A stretch of 64,000 nucleotides of DNA from Polyangiaceae bacterium (GTDB lineage: Bacteria; Myxococcota_A; Polyangia; Polyangiales; Polyangiaceae). Under the pieces are notes generated by a model, which searched no databases, was not told the DNA's origin, and was given only the letters and a program-made list of their open reading frames with translations. Position 1 is the stretch's first letter; each line of letters starts with the position of its first letter. The position numbers and the translations under genes were made by a program. The DNA is taken from positions 1 through 64,000 of the forward strand of contig JBNKBE010000006.1 of the NCBI GenBank assembly GCA_050287085.1, written 5' to 3'. Below are positions 21,088 to 30,752 of this stretch, piece after piece.

Positions 21088-21214
21088 GCCAGCGGTGGGC
21101 CAAGCAGGCCCTCAGCGCTCTGCCAACGAAGCGGCGCACACGCCGGCTGCGTGACGCCGTGCTAGCGTGAGATCCCTCCCTCAGGGCAAAAAGCCCGATG
21201 GTATCGGAAGCGCT

Positions 21215-22792
21215 ATGGTCGAGCAGAAGCCGGTCGCCCCGGACCAGCGCCGCGCCGAACTGAGCGCGGCCACCTTCGCGCTGCTCAGTGTTGTGCTGAT
21301 CGTGGCAGCCCACGGACTGGCCGTGGGCTGGGTGCGTTCGCAGGGTTTTTCCGCCATCAGCGATGACGACTATGCACGCGTCGTCATCGCCCAGCGCTTT
21401 GCACTGGCCCCCAAGTGCGACCCTTCCGGCACAAGCTGGCTGCCCTTCCCCTTTTGGCTCCTCGGCGCCGGACTCTCCGTATTCGGGCTAGATCTAGACA
21501 CCGCCCGGGGACTGAGCTTTGCCTTCAGCGCGGCCGGTCACGTGTTATTAGTGCCCGCCGGGCGTTGGCTTGGGCTTTCTCGGGGGTTCAGCTTGAGCCT
21601 TGCGCTGCTGCTGGCGCTGCTACCCGACGCCGTCTACGCGGGGGCCGCCACCGTGCCGGAAGGGTTCGTGCCCGCCCTCGCACTGGCAGCCGTCGCAGCG
21701 CTGAGCGCCACAGGGTGTTCGGGGGCTCGCGTCTGGCGCGGGTTCGGCGCCGTGATGCTCACGGCGGCCGCGTTGAGTCGCTACGAAATCTGGCCTCTGG
21801 TTGCGCTGAGCGCGCTGCGAGTCACAACGACGCGCGCTCTTGCGCGCCGCGAACGCGTTGCACTGGTGTCCACCCTCCTCTCCGGACCGCTCGCCTGGAT
21901 GCTTGCCGGTCACTTTCAACACGGCAACTGGCTGTTCTTCGTCAAGCGGGTTGCAGCATACCGGCAGGCTCTGGGGGAAGGTCACGTAACGCTCGGCCAC
22001 GCCCTCAGTGACTACCCACGGGCGCTGCTACACTTCGAACCCGGGCTGCTGCTGGGGGTCGCCGGCTTGCTCCTGAGCGCAAGGCAAGCGCCGTGGAAGG
22101 CCTCCGAGCGGTGGCTGCTCGCTCATGTCGCAACCCTGATGGCGTTCCTCATCTACGGGGATCTCCGGGACGGTGCCCCCACACATCATCCCGAACGCGC
22201 ACTTCTCTTCGCGTGGTACGGCCTGGCGGCAGCGGCCGCCCTGCGCCTCGAATACCTAGGCCCCGCTCAGCGTCGCCGGAAGCTCTGGATGATTGCCACA
22301 ACGCTGCTGGCCAGTCCCTTTCTTGCAGCCGCGATCACGCCGGAACGTCACTACGCCGAGCGCAGCGTCGAGGAGGCCTTGGGCCGCGACGCCGCCCGGC
22401 TCACCCAGGGGCGAGGGGTGATCGACCACCCCGACTACGGCTACTTCGCCCTCCAGGCCGCCCTCGCCCGCCCCGGCTCGAGTCAACCGCTCGACCGGCA
22501 CGATCCCCGCGCGCCGACGCCGGATCCCTTCGCTGACCTGCAGGCGCTCTCGCAGGAGCTGACGCGGCAGCGAGCATCTTGGTGGGTGCTGCGCGACGAC
22601 CATCGCCATCGCTTGGCGGCTGCCCCGCTGGGGCAAGTGCTGCTGGGGCCTGTGCTGGCTCAGCACGGCGCCTTCGCGCTACTGGCTTTGGGTTCGAATC
22701 GTTCAGGTCCTGCCCCAAGCGACCCGGTAGCACCGGCAGCGGGCCCCACCACCAGCCCTTCGACCGCCGCAAGCACCGGAATCTCGCCTTGA
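21215..22792 (+). CDS. Polytopic membrane protein, probable GT-C fold glycosyltransferase (ArnT/PMT-like)
   Basis: About 10-12 hydrophobic segments, an acidic SDDD motif in the loop after TM1, W.P and RYE motifs, and a C-terminal soluble domain. Start uncertain (21167 or 21215). Confidence 0.6.
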   Translation: MVEQKPVAPDQRRAELSAATFALLSVVLIVAAHGLAVGWVRSQGFSAISDDDYARVVIAQRFALAPKCDPSGTSWLPFPFWLLGAGLSVFGLDLDTARGLSFAFSAAGHVLLVPAGRWLGLSRGFSLSLALLLALLPDAVYAGAATVPEGFVPALALAAVAALSATGCSGARVWRGFGAVMLTAAALSRYEIWPLVALSALRVTTTRALARRERVALVSTLLSGPLAWMLAGHFQHGNWLFFVKRVAAYRQALGEGHVTLGHALSDYPRALLHFEPGLLLGVAGLLLSARQAPWKASERWLLAHVATLMAFLIYGDLRDGAPTHHPERALLFAWYGLAAAAALRLEYLGPAQRRRKLWMIATTLLASPFLAAAITPERHYAERSVEEALGRDAARLTQGRGVIDHPDYGYFALQAALARPGSSQPLDRHDPRAPTPDPFADLQALSQELTRQRASWWVLRDDHRHRLAAAPLGQVLLGPVLAQHGAFALLALGSNRSGPAPSDPVAPAAGPTTSPSTAASTGISP

Positions 22793-22820
22793 ACTCGGCC
22801 GTTGCGCTAGGCTGGAAAAG

Positions 22821-23120
22821 GTGCTCAAGCTGGTACGCAGAGCCTGTGAGCTCGTGATCTTGTCGATGGCCATGTACGCCTTCGTCTCGGTGCCGCTGGG
22901 CAGCAAGACGGGGCTCGAACACGCTCGCGCCATCCTGGGTACCCCGGAGGCAAAACACGCCGGCGAAGAGCTCCAGCAAGCTGGCCTGCGCGTGGTAAGC
23001 GAACTGCTGGCGTTTGGAACGCCTCCCTATCGGGGCGAACCCCAACTGCCAGAGCTCCCGAGCGGGCCGCGTCCTGGACGTGAGCACCCGGAGAGCCCCT
23101 CATCGAAGCTCCCGCGCTGA
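22821..23120 (+). CDS. Small hypothetical membrane-anchored protein
   Basis: N-terminal hydrophobic helix followed by VPLGSKTGLEH. Fills the gap between neighbouring genes. Confidence 0.55.
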   Translation: MLKLVRRACELVILSMAMYAFVSVPLGSKTGLEHARAILGTPEAKHAGEELQQAGLRVVSELLAFGTPPYRGEPQLPELPSGPRPGREHPESPSSKLPR

Positions 23121-23188
23121 TCCCGCGTCGTGCCCGCTTCGGCCCAGGGCGCCACCTTGGGCGCGCCCAATAGCCCTCGCGGGGTCGT

Positions 23189-24292
23189 TCAGACGTTGAA
23201 GCGGAAGTGCACCACGTCGCCGTCTTTGACCACGTAGTCCTTGCCTTCGATCCGGAGCTTACCGGCCTCTTTGCACTTGGCCTCGCTGCCGAGACGCACG
23301 ACGTCTTCCCACCAAATGACCTCGGCCTTGATGAATCCGCGCTCAAAATCCGAGTGGATGACGCCCGCGGCCTGGGGCGCGGTCGCCCCCTTGCGAATGG
23401 TCCACGCCCGGACCTCCTTTTCGCCTGCCGTGAGATAGGTCTCCAGACCGAGCAACGAATAGCCCGTGCGAATCACGCGATTGAGTCCAGGCTCGCTCAG
23501 ACCAGCGCTGGCCAAGAACTCGCCGCGATCCTCCGGATCCAGCTCGGCGATCTGCGACTCGAGCTGGGCACAGATCGGCACCACATCCGCGCCTTCGCCC
23601 GCCGCCATGGCCACCAATGCACGGTAGTGAGGGTTCGCGTCCAGATCGGTAAGCGAGCCCTCGTCAACGTTGGCAATGTAGAACGTTGGCTTGTGGGTGA
23701 GCAGCTGCATGTCGCGTGCGATCTTGTCCTCGAGCTCCCCCGAAAACTCGAACGCGCGCACCGGGGCGAGGCGGTCCAGGTGCTCTAGCAGCCGCTCGCA
23801 TAGCCCGACGGCGGCCTTTTCTGTTGGGTCGCCACCTTTGCTCTGCTTCCGAGCCCGCTCGAGCCGTTTGGTAACGGAATCGAAGTCCTTGAGGCAAAGC
23901 TCTGTGTTGATGGTCTCCACGTCCGAAACCGGATTCACCCGACCCTCAACGTGCGTGACGTTGTCGTCCTCAAAGCAGCGCACCACGTGGGCGATGGCGT
24001 CCACCTCGCGGATATTCGCCAAGAACTGATTGCCCAACCCCTCGCCTTTGGACGCGCCACGCACCAACCCCGCAATGTCGACAAAGCGGATGCTGGTCGG
24101 CAACAGGGCTTGGGGCTTGTACACCGTGGCCAGGGCATCGAGCCGCGGATCCGGTACCGGCACGATCCCGACATTCGGCTCTACGGTGCAGAACGGAAAG
24201 TTCTGCGCCTCCGCCTTGGCAGAGGAAAGGGAGTTAAAAAGCGTGCTCTTGCCCACGTTGGGCAGGCCGACGATGCCGCAGGAGAAACCCAT
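23189..24292 (-). CDS. ychF: Redox-regulated ribosome-binding ATPase YchF
   Basis: [43 protein letters not shown] and [17 protein letters not shown]. Confidence 0.97.
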   Translation of the reverse strand: MGFSCGIVGLPNVGKSTLFNSLSSAKAEAQNFPFCTVEPNVGIVPVPDPRLDALATVYKPQALLPTSIRFVDIAGLVRGASKGEGLGNQFLANIREVDAIAHVVRCFEDDNVTHVEGRVNPVSDVETINTELCLKDFDSVTKRLERARKQSKGGDPTEKAAVGLCERLLEHLDRLAPVRAFEFSGELEDKIARDMQLLTHKPTFYIANVDEGSLTDLDANPHYRALVAMAAGEGADVVPICAQLESQIAELDPEDRGEFLASAGLSEPGLNRVIRTGYSLLGLETYLTAGEKEVRAWTIRKGATAPQAAGVIHSDFERGFIKAEVIWWEDVVRLGSEAKCKEAGKLRIEGKDYVVKDGDVVHFRFNV

Positions 24293-24304
24293 AAGAGCGG
24301 CCCT

Positions 24305-25021
24305 TTAGCGCACTCCGCCAACGCCGTCGACCAACCCCGAAAAAAAGTTGGGCAACACCACCCCGCCTTCGCCCTCCACCACCTCGTCGCGCAACGCGAT
24401 CGGGTCGAGACCTTCGCCGGCCAAGGTCTGGGCCCGGGCTTCGATATAGGCACGGGTGATCTCAGCGTCGAACTCCGGATGGAACTGGACGCCCCAGGCG
24501 CGCGCCCCGAATCGGACCAGCGCGTGGGGCTCGAGCTCCGTGCGGCCAAGACAGACAGCGCCGGGCGGCAGCGCGAGGATCGAATCCAGGTGGCTCGCAT
24601 TGACAACTCTACGCCCTGCCGGGAGCAGCTCTGATGCCTGCAGGACCTCGAGCTGCGCCGAACCGATCTCACGCCCTGCCGGATTTCGTCCCACCACCCC
24701 TCCCAAAGCGGCTCCCAACATCTGATGACCAAAACACACGCCCAGAGTCGGCACCTCCGCAGCAACCGCCGCACGCAAGAACTCGAGCCCCCGGAGCATC
24801 CAGGGCTCCGCGTCGGCCAGATAGGCAGCGGAGCCGCTGATCACGATCGCCGACAATTCGCTCGGCGAAGGCAAGACAGGACCGTCCCTCAGATCGAGCA
24901 CACGCGCTTCCCCCGGCGCCCAAGCTCTGGGCGCCATCAACAACGCGGCGAACCCCCCACGAAGGCGCGCTACTTCAGGGACTGGATCACCGGTGATGAG
25001 AAATAAGACAGGCCGAGCCAC
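24305..25021 (-). CDS. Class I glutamine amidotransferase (GuaA-like, stand-alone)
   Basis: LGVCFGHQ and GVQFHPE provide the Cys-His-Glu triad. Confidence 0.88.
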   Translation of the reverse strand: MARPVLFLITGDPVPEVARLRGGFAALLMAPRAWAPGEARVLDLRDGPVLPSPSELSAIVISGSAAYLADAEPWMLRGLEFLRAAVAAEVPTLGVCFGHQMLGAALGGVVGRNPAGREIGSAQLEVLQASELLPAGRRVVNASHLDSILALPPGAVCLGRTELEPHALVRFGARAWGVQFHPEFDAEITRAYIEARAQTLAGEGLDPIALRDEVVEGEGGVVLPNFFSGLVDGVGGVR

Positions 25022-25217
25022 GGTGAAAAGTGTGTAGCTCGACCTTCCCGAGAGCTTTGCAAAAGCTCAAAAAACGGCCACCCGGACTCGGGTGTATTTC
25101 GCAACACTCGGGCAGCGCGCAGAGTCCATCGCGAACGTGGGACGGTTGGGGCTTCCCGTCCCGAGGGTCTAGCTGTAAACCCCGGACGTCCCTCACCTGC
25201 AGGGCGCGAGAGTTTCA

Positions 25218-25916
25218 ATGAATCTAGTTGAGTGGTTGCAAAGGTTGATGACCAACTTCGGAGCGGAGTGGGTCATGTGGTTGATGTTGGGTCTGAGCGT
25301 GATCAGCGTAGCTATCATGCTGGAGCGAGCCTGGTTCTATTGGTCCCTGCGCGACGACATCGCCCGGTTGGCGAGCGATCTGCGCGCGCAGCTGAAGACA
25401 GGTGACTTCGAAGCGGCCACACGCAGGCTCAACGAATCCCCGTCCGCGGAGGCCGCTGTCGTCAGTGCCGGACTGGCGGAAGTCGACAACGGCGCCAAAG
25501 CCGCCGAAGAGGCGATGCAGGGAGCCACTGCGCTGCAGCGCCTGAAGCTCGAGAAGCGACTCGCGTACTTGGGTACCCTGGGCAACAACGCACCCTTCAT
25601 CGGCTTGTTTGGAACGGTGATCGGTGTGGTTCAAGCCTTCGAGAAATTGGGGGAGCAAAGTGCCGTCAAGGTCGCGGAAGCGTCGGTCGCCGCGCCCCAA
25701 GAGGTCATGGCCGCCATCGCCGAAGCGCTGGTCGCAACGGCGGTCGGCATCGCGGTCGCGATCCCCGCGGTAGCCATGTTCAATATCTTCAACCGGCAGA
25801 CGCGCTCCATCCTGGCCAACACCGAGGCCCTGAGCCGGGTGCTGCTGGCTCACCTCGTGGCAGAGCCGCACGAGGCCACCAGCACCAAAGCCAAGAAGAA
25901 AGATCAGGAGAAGTAG
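25218..25916 (+). CDS. exbB: MotA/TolQ/ExbB proton channel family protein
   Basis: LGTLGNNAPFIGLFGTV.G and IAEALVATAVGI.VAIPA, with 3 TM helices. Confidence 0.9.
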   Translation: MNLVEWLQRLMTNFGAEWVMWLMLGLSVISVAIMLERAWFYWSLRDDIARLASDLRAQLKTGDFEAATRRLNESPSAEAAVVSAGLAEVDNGAKAAEEAMQGATALQRLKLEKRLAYLGTLGNNAPFIGLFGTVIGVVQAFEKLGEQSAVKVAEASVAAPQEVMAAIAEALVATAVGIAVAIPAVAMFNIFNRQTRSILANTEALSRVLLAHLVAEPHEATSTKAKKKDQEK

Positions 25917-26405
25917 ATGGCCGGGGGCGCGCAGTCCGACGACGACGGCATGATCAGTGCCATCAACGTGACGCCGCTCGTCGACATCACGTTGGTGCTT
26001 CTCATCGTGTTCATGGTGACCGCTCGGATCATCGTCTCCCAAGGGATGCCGATGGATCTGCCCAAGGCGGCATCTAAGACCGAAGAACTCCAGATGGTCT
26101 TCAGCGTGGAGCTAACGGAAAGCGGAAAGACTTTTGTCGATAGCAAAGCGCTCGCCAGCGACGAAGAGGTTCTCGTCCTGGCGCAGAACGCGCGAGCGCA
26201 GAACGAAGATCTACGCGCCGTGATTCGAGCCGATCAAGCGGTGTCCCACGGGCGGGTGATCCACGTGTTGGATCTTCTGAAGCAGGCGAAAGTCAGCAAG
26301 ATCGCCTTTGCTGTCAGTCCTACCGCCCCTGGAGCAGAAGACGGCGAAAACAAGACGCCCGGGCAGGCGCCTCCCGCGGCTGCCGCCGCAACCAACACCC
26401 CGTAA
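25917..26405 (+). CDS. exbD: ExbD/TolR family protein
   Basis: INVTPLVDITLVLLIVFMVT with the conserved Asp, and IRAD..V.HG.V..VLD. The ATG abuts the exbB stop. Confidence 0.9.
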   Translation: MAGGAQSDDDGMISAINVTPLVDITLVLLIVFMVTARIIVSQGMPMDLPKAASKTEELQMVFSVELTESGKTFVDSKALASDEEVLVLAQNARAQNEDLRAVIRADQAVSHGRVIHVLDLLKQAKVSKIAFAVSPTAPGAEDGENKTPGQAPPAAAAATNTP

Positions 26406-26441
26406 CCGCCGGCTCGCCGTGCTCCACTCTCGTTTGAAAGC

Positions 26442-27368
26442 ATGACGACAGACCACAAGCTTGCAGAAGCAACGCCGTGGGCCCGCGTCCTCGAGCTCGG
26501 CACCAGCTCCGGGCAACCGTCGAGTTTCGCGGCGGTTGTGATGGCCGCGCTCGTTCACGCCGCGCTCGCAGGCCAAGGGGCATTGATGTCAGATCGTGCT
26601 GAGCTCCGGCACTTCGCCGCCCAAGTGCGCGCTGAAACCTACGCAAGTTTGCAGGGAACGCTGGATATCGAGGTCGACGAACCCAAGCCTGAACCTGAAC
26701 CTGAACCTGAACCCGAGCCGGAGCCCGAACCCGAACCCGAACCCGAGCCCCAACGTCAGCCGACTCCCCCCCCGCCCGCAGCGCCAGAGCCCAAAGCGGA
26801 GCCAGCGGCTCCCACACCGCCCGCAGCCAATGAGCCTCCGCCGCCCGCAGCGGAAGCTGGCAAAGTCTTGACCGCCGAGCCCGACCCGAATGAACCCCTC
26901 GATCTCACCGGGGACAATACCTTCGTCACCGGCACCGGGGATCGCTACGTCGGCGGCATCACGGCCGCCGCCGGCACCGGCAAGAAAGCTGTCTACGATC
27001 GCAATGCGAGCCCGAAGGGCGTGGAAGGCGGCCGTGGCACAACCCCCGCTCCCGCGAAGAGCGTATCGATCGTAGGGCCCGATTTGTCGCGTCAAGTGAT
27101 CATCCCAACAGCCATACTTCAGCGTTGTCAGGCGAGTCCGGAGGCGCGAGCCGCTGGAGTCAGCAACATCACGGTCGGATTGCTGGTGAAAGTGGATGCC
27201 GGCGGTACCGCCACCGATGTCCAGATCACGTCCGATCCCGGCTACGGTATGGGTCCGCGCTTCCGGCGCTGCGCACTCCGCGCCCCTTGGGGTCCGGCGC
27301 TGAACCGGGCTGGCAAGGCCATCGCATCCACCCGGCGTTTCAATATGCGCTACGTAGTCAGTGACTGA
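26442..27368 (+). CDS. tonB: TonB/TolA-like energy transducer
   Basis: N-terminal TM with the conserved His (ALVH), (PE)n proline-rich spacer and a TonB_C-like C-terminus (V.VD..G....V.I..DPGYG). Confidence 0.8.
   Translation: MTTDHKLAEATPWARVLELGTSSGQPSSFAAVVMAALVHAALAGQGALMSDRAELRHFAAQVRAETYASLQGTLDIEVDEPKPEPEPEPEPEPEPEPEPEPEPQRQPTPPPPAAPEPKAEPAAPTPPAANEPPPPAAEAGKVLTAEPDPNEPLDLTGDNTFVTGTGDRYVGGITAAAGTGKKAVYDRNASPKGVEGGRGTTPAPAKSVSIVGPDLSRQVIIPTAILQRCQASPEARAAGVSNITVGLLVKVDAGGTATDVQITSDPGYGMGPRFRRCALRAPWGPALNRAGKAIASTRRFNMRYVVSD
26688..26750 (+). repeat. Hexanucleotide repeat encoding (Pro-Glu)n
   Basis: About 10 copies of CC(T/C/G)GA(A/G) within tonB. Confidence 0.85.
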
Positions 27369-27461
27369 ATACCGGTTGCCAACATGGAGCAGTCCCGTCT
27401 AGGTCGGCTCCGAGCAGATGTTGCACCGGCCCAGGGCAATCCACTACAGTGAAGTCACCCT

Positions 27462-27929
27462 ATGGCGTCGCCCCACCTCGAGCAACTCGCTCAAGTCGAA
27501 GTCTTTCGCGGGCTGCGCGAGGAGGCATTGCGACGCATCCTCGACGTCGCGCGCCAGGAGAATCACGAGGCAGGTGAGCGCCTCTTTCGTCAGGGAGACG
27601 CCGGCGATCGACTGTACATCATCCTGAGCGGCAAGGTGCGCATCAGCCGTCAGCACGCCGCCGTCGGGGAAGAAACTCTGGCCGTGTTAGGGCCCGGGCA
27701 AACCTTTGGCGAGATGGCGTTGCTCGACGAAGCCGAGCGCTCTGCCGACGCGTACGCTCACGAGGACTGTGCGTTGCTGGCGCTCGCCAAAGACGCCTTT
27801 GACGACCTGCTCTTCGCCAACAAGGAACTCGCCTACGAAGTGCTCTGGGGCTTTGTCCAGTCACTGGTCGGCCGACTGAGGGAGACCAACGACAAGCTGA
27901 CCTTCCTTTCGATCAGCGGTCGATTCTGA
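27462..27929 (+). CDS. Stand-alone cyclic-nucleotide-binding domain protein
   Basis: LFRQGDAGD.LYII.SG.V and FGEMALL....RSADA phosphate-binding cassette. No HTH. Confidence 0.88.
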   Translation: MASPHLEQLAQVEVFRGLREEALRRILDVARQENHEAGERLFRQGDAGDRLYIILSGKVRISRQHAAVGEETLAVLGPGQTFGEMALLDEAERSADAYAHEDCALLALAKDAFDDLLFANKELAYEVLWGFVQSLVGRLRETNDKLTFLSISGRF

Positions 27930-28058
27930 TCCATAGGGCTTGCCGTTATGGTGGCAAAGCACGCTGAACGCTTGTCGAGCGGCACCCTCCGCCGCTCGCT
28001 CACAAGCGCTCCGTCACGAGCCCCGAGCTCGAGTCCGCGGGATATCTGGCTGAGAAGT

Positions 28059-28087
28059 TTGCATTCCAAACACCCGTTCAGTACACT
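28059..28087 (+). promoter_or_regulatory. lexA promoter with embedded Myxococcus-type LexA box
   Basis: -35 TTGCAT (28059-28064), 17-bp spacer, -10 TACACT (28082-28087). CCAAACACCCGTTCAGT (28066-28082) matches 15 of 17 positions of the M. xanthus consensus CTRHAMRYBYGTTCAGS as I recall it. Confidence 0.7.
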
Positions 28088-28095
28088 TGCGCACC

Positions 28096-28740
28096 ATGCA
28101 GGGCCTCACCAAGCGTCAAGCGCAGACACTGGAGTACATCCGCCAATCGATTGAAGAGCGTGGTTATCCACCCACCCTCCGTGAAATCGGCGAGTACATG
28201 GGGATCCGCTCGACCAACGGGGTCAACGATCATCTCCGCGCCCTAGAGCGCAAAGGGTACCTGCGCCGCGAAGACATGAAGAGTCGTGCCTTGCGGCTGG
28301 TGCATGCGGCCCCGGAAGCCGAAGCGGCTCCGGTCGCTGACGACGGTCAAACGCGGGACATTCCGATTCTCGGTCGCGTGGCGGCTGGGCTACCGCTGCT
28401 GGCCGAAGAGCACATCCTCGACACGGTGCGCGTCGATCAGTCGATGGTGCGCGGCAATCACAATGTATTTGGATTGCGAGTCCAGGGTGACTCGATGATC
28501 GAGGCGGGGATCCTGAGCGGCGACTACATCTTCGTGCGACAGCAGTCGACCGCTGAACGGGGCCAAATCGTCGTGGCTTTGATCGGTGAGGAAGCCACCG
28601 TGAAGTATTACTATCCGGAAAAGGACTATATCCGGTTCCAACCTGCAAACGCGGCCATGGCTCCGATCTTAGTGCGCGCGATGGACTTCAAGCCCACGAT
28701 GCTGCTCGGCGTGATGGTCGGCTTGTATCGAGCCTACTGA
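28096..28740 (+). CDS. lexA: SOS transcriptional repressor LexA
   Basis: [21 protein letters not shown] cleavage site, GDSM catalytic Ser and ATVK catalytic Lys. Confidence 0.96.
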   Translation: MQGLTKRQAQTLEYIRQSIEERGYPPTLREIGEYMGIRSTNGVNDHLRALERKGYLRREDMKSRALRLVHAAPEAEAAPVADDGQTRDIPILGRVAAGLPLLAEEHILDTVRVDQSMVRGNHNVFGLRVQGDSMIEAGILSGDYIFVRQQSTAERGQIVVALIGEEATVKYYYPEKDYIRFQPANAAMAPILVRAMDFKPTMLLGVMVGLYRAY

Positions 28741-28804
28741 GCCTCAACAGCTTGTAGGGCCTCAACAGCTTGTAGGGCCTCAACAGCTTGTAGGGCCTCA
28801 ACAG
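28741..28804. repeat. 18-bp tandem repeat GCCTCAACAGCTTGTAGG x3.5
   Basis: Three perfect copies plus a partial copy, immediately after the lexA stop. Confidence 0.92.
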
Positions 28805-28860
28805 GGGCGAGCTCCTTGGCTGGGGCTTGTGTCAGCGCTAGGGCGAAGATATCAGCACGC

Positions 28861-30537
28861 TCAGCGAAAGGGATTGTCCTCGTCAAGGCTGCGGTGGACG
28901 CGACCCTTTGCCGACATGAGGTCTTCGCCGATCCCAAGCCCAGGTGTGGCGTCTGCCTGTCGCTCGAGCCCGCGCTTGTCGGCGGCACTTGTCCGTGCCC
29001 CTTTGGCTTTGGGTTGCGACTTGCTCTTGGCGACGTGCCGCCGCGGACGCCACTTGCGAACAGGCGGACGAGACGGCTCTGGGGCTTCCGCCAGCTCGAC
29101 TTCTGTCACGTCCGGCTGAACGCTGGCCGCCTTCGGGCCTACCTCTGGACTCGGGCTGGGCTCGGGTACCAACGCCAACACGGCGGTCGACAGCGGCCGC
29201 GGGCTCGCCGCTTCGTCGAGCTCCCGCCCCGTCGTGACGGGCAACGGCCCTGGCTCACTCACGGGGGGCTTCACAGTGGCCTGCCGCGCCCAGGGAGCGC
29301 GGGTGGCCAACGCGCTTTCAGGAAGCCACGACGTTACGCTTAGCAGCAGCGCGGCCGCAAAAGCCAACGTGATGCCAGCGATTGCCCCCCGCGAAGGCCA
29401 CGACGTCTTTCCTTCGGCAGGCGGAGCTGAGCTGCCGCCGACGCGACCGTCACTGCGGGTCATTTCCAGCAGCTCACTCAACTCACCCACCTGGGTCACC
29501 TCGAAGTCCGAACTGCTGGGCACGATGGACACTCGGGGTCGCAGCTTCAAAGCCGAATGCTCCCCATTCATGCGCTCATGGATCAACGCATTCTGGGCCG
29601 CTCTTTCGCTCCGAAATTTCAGCGACATGAAGGCACCCACCTCGGCGGGAGTCGAGATCTTATCCCGCTCGCGCATGTACTGAGACAAGGCGACGCGGAA
29701 CTCCTCGGCCGTGCCAAATCGTTCCGCCGGATCCATGGCCAGGGCCCTGTCGCAAATCGCCGCAAGCCTAGGGTGAATACTCGGAACCGCCGCGCGGATG
29801 CGGGGCTCTGTCCCAGCCAGACGAGCCGCCACGATCTCCTTCTGGGGGGTGTCCCGTGGCACCAGACGGCGCTTCGCCAGCACCTCCCACAACACCACCC
29901 CGAGCGCGAATACGTCGGTGCGACGATCGAGTGAGCCCCCGCGGATCTGCTCTGGAGAAGCATACGCCAGTCGTCCGCGAAAGCCGCCAGATTCGGCCTG
30001 ACCTGCAGCCCGCGCGATACCGAAGTCGACGATCTTGGTATGCCCGTCATAGGTGACGAAGATGTTCTGTGGGCTCACATCGCAGTGAACGATAGCGAGG
30101 GCATTGCCGCCGTAGTCCTGCAACTCGTGAGCGTAGTGCAGACCGGCAAGCGTGTCGCAGAGTACCTGCAACGCCAGTCGCTCCGGCATTCCACCAGCGC
30201 GCATGAGCTCGCTCAAGGACTGTCCCTCGAGAAACTCCATCGCGAGAAACAGACGACCATCGACCCGTGTCGCTTCAATCGTCTGAACCACGTTCGGATG
30301 GTTCAGTTGACCGGCTAGCTTGGCCTCCGCCAGAAACAGCTCGACGAACGCCGCATCGCGAGCCCGTTCTTCTCGAAGCTCCTTGATGACAACAAGCTTC
30401 TCGAAGCCACCCGAGCCCTCCGCTAGAGCTAGGTGAATGGTTCCCATCCCTCCTTGCCCAAGGTTGAGCAGCAGCCGGTATCGGCCCAGCGTCGTTGCGG
30501 CATAGCCAGCCGGAGGTAGCGGTACCACTTGAGCCAT
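28861..30537 (-). CDS. Membrane-anchored Ser/Thr protein kinase
   Basis: LGQGGMG, VVIK, HCDVSPQN, DFGIA, Y.SPEQ and DVFALG, then a TM helix and Pro-rich C-terminus. Confidence 0.92.
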   Translation of the reverse strand: MAQVVPLPPAGYAATTLGRYRLLLNLGQGGMGTIHLALAEGSGGFEKLVVIKELREERARDAAFVELFLAEAKLAGQLNHPNVVQTIEATRVDGRLFLAMEFLEGQSLSELMRAGGMPERLALQVLCDTLAGLHYAHELQDYGGNALAIVHCDVSPQNIFVTYDGHTKIVDFGIARAAGQAESGGFRGRLAYASPEQIRGGSLDRRTDVFALGVVLWEVLAKRRLVPRDTPQKEIVAARLAGTEPRIRAAVPSIHPRLAAICDRALAMDPAERFGTAEEFRVALSQYMRERDKISTPAEVGAFMSLKFRSERAAQNALIHERMNGEHSALKLRPRVSIVPSSSDFEVTQVGELSELLEMTRSDGRVGGSSAPPAEGKTSWPSRGAIAGITLAFAAALLLSVTSWLPESALATRAPWARQATVKPPVSEPGPLPVTTGRELDEAASPRPLSTAVLALVPEPSPSPEVGPKAASVQPDVTEVELAEAPEPSRPPVRKWRPRRHVAKSKSQPKAKGARTSAADKRGLERQADATPGLGIGEDLMSAKGRVHRSLDEDNPFR

Positions 30538-30752
30538 CACGCCACCTCTCCCAGCGCAAGCCGCACCCATACTAGAGGCCGGTGGCCTTGGAATCCGGCT
30601 ACGTTGGTGGAGATGTAATGGCTTGTCCTCATCATCATGAATCCGTCCCCGAGGAGATTGCTTCTGGATCTCTAGTCTGCGGAATGTTTCGTACCGAGAG
30701 CCTCTAGAGCACAGAAGAGTAAACCCGCGAGGAAGCGGCCCCGGCTCGTCGT

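Noticed and set aside
25060..25217. Cobalamin riboswitch or Fur box upstream of exbB
   Set aside because: Only one hairpin (GGGACGG/CCGTCCC) is present, with no B12-box and no AT-rich Fur palindrome.
28741..28804. Repeat after lexA as a CRISPR array
   Set aside because: The 18-bp units are directly adjacent with no spacers, and there are no cas genes.
30700..30745. ACAGAAGAGTAAACCCGCGAGGAAGCGG as an RNase P or SRP fragment
   Set aside because: No GAGGAAAGTCC or other conserved helices; the region is too short.
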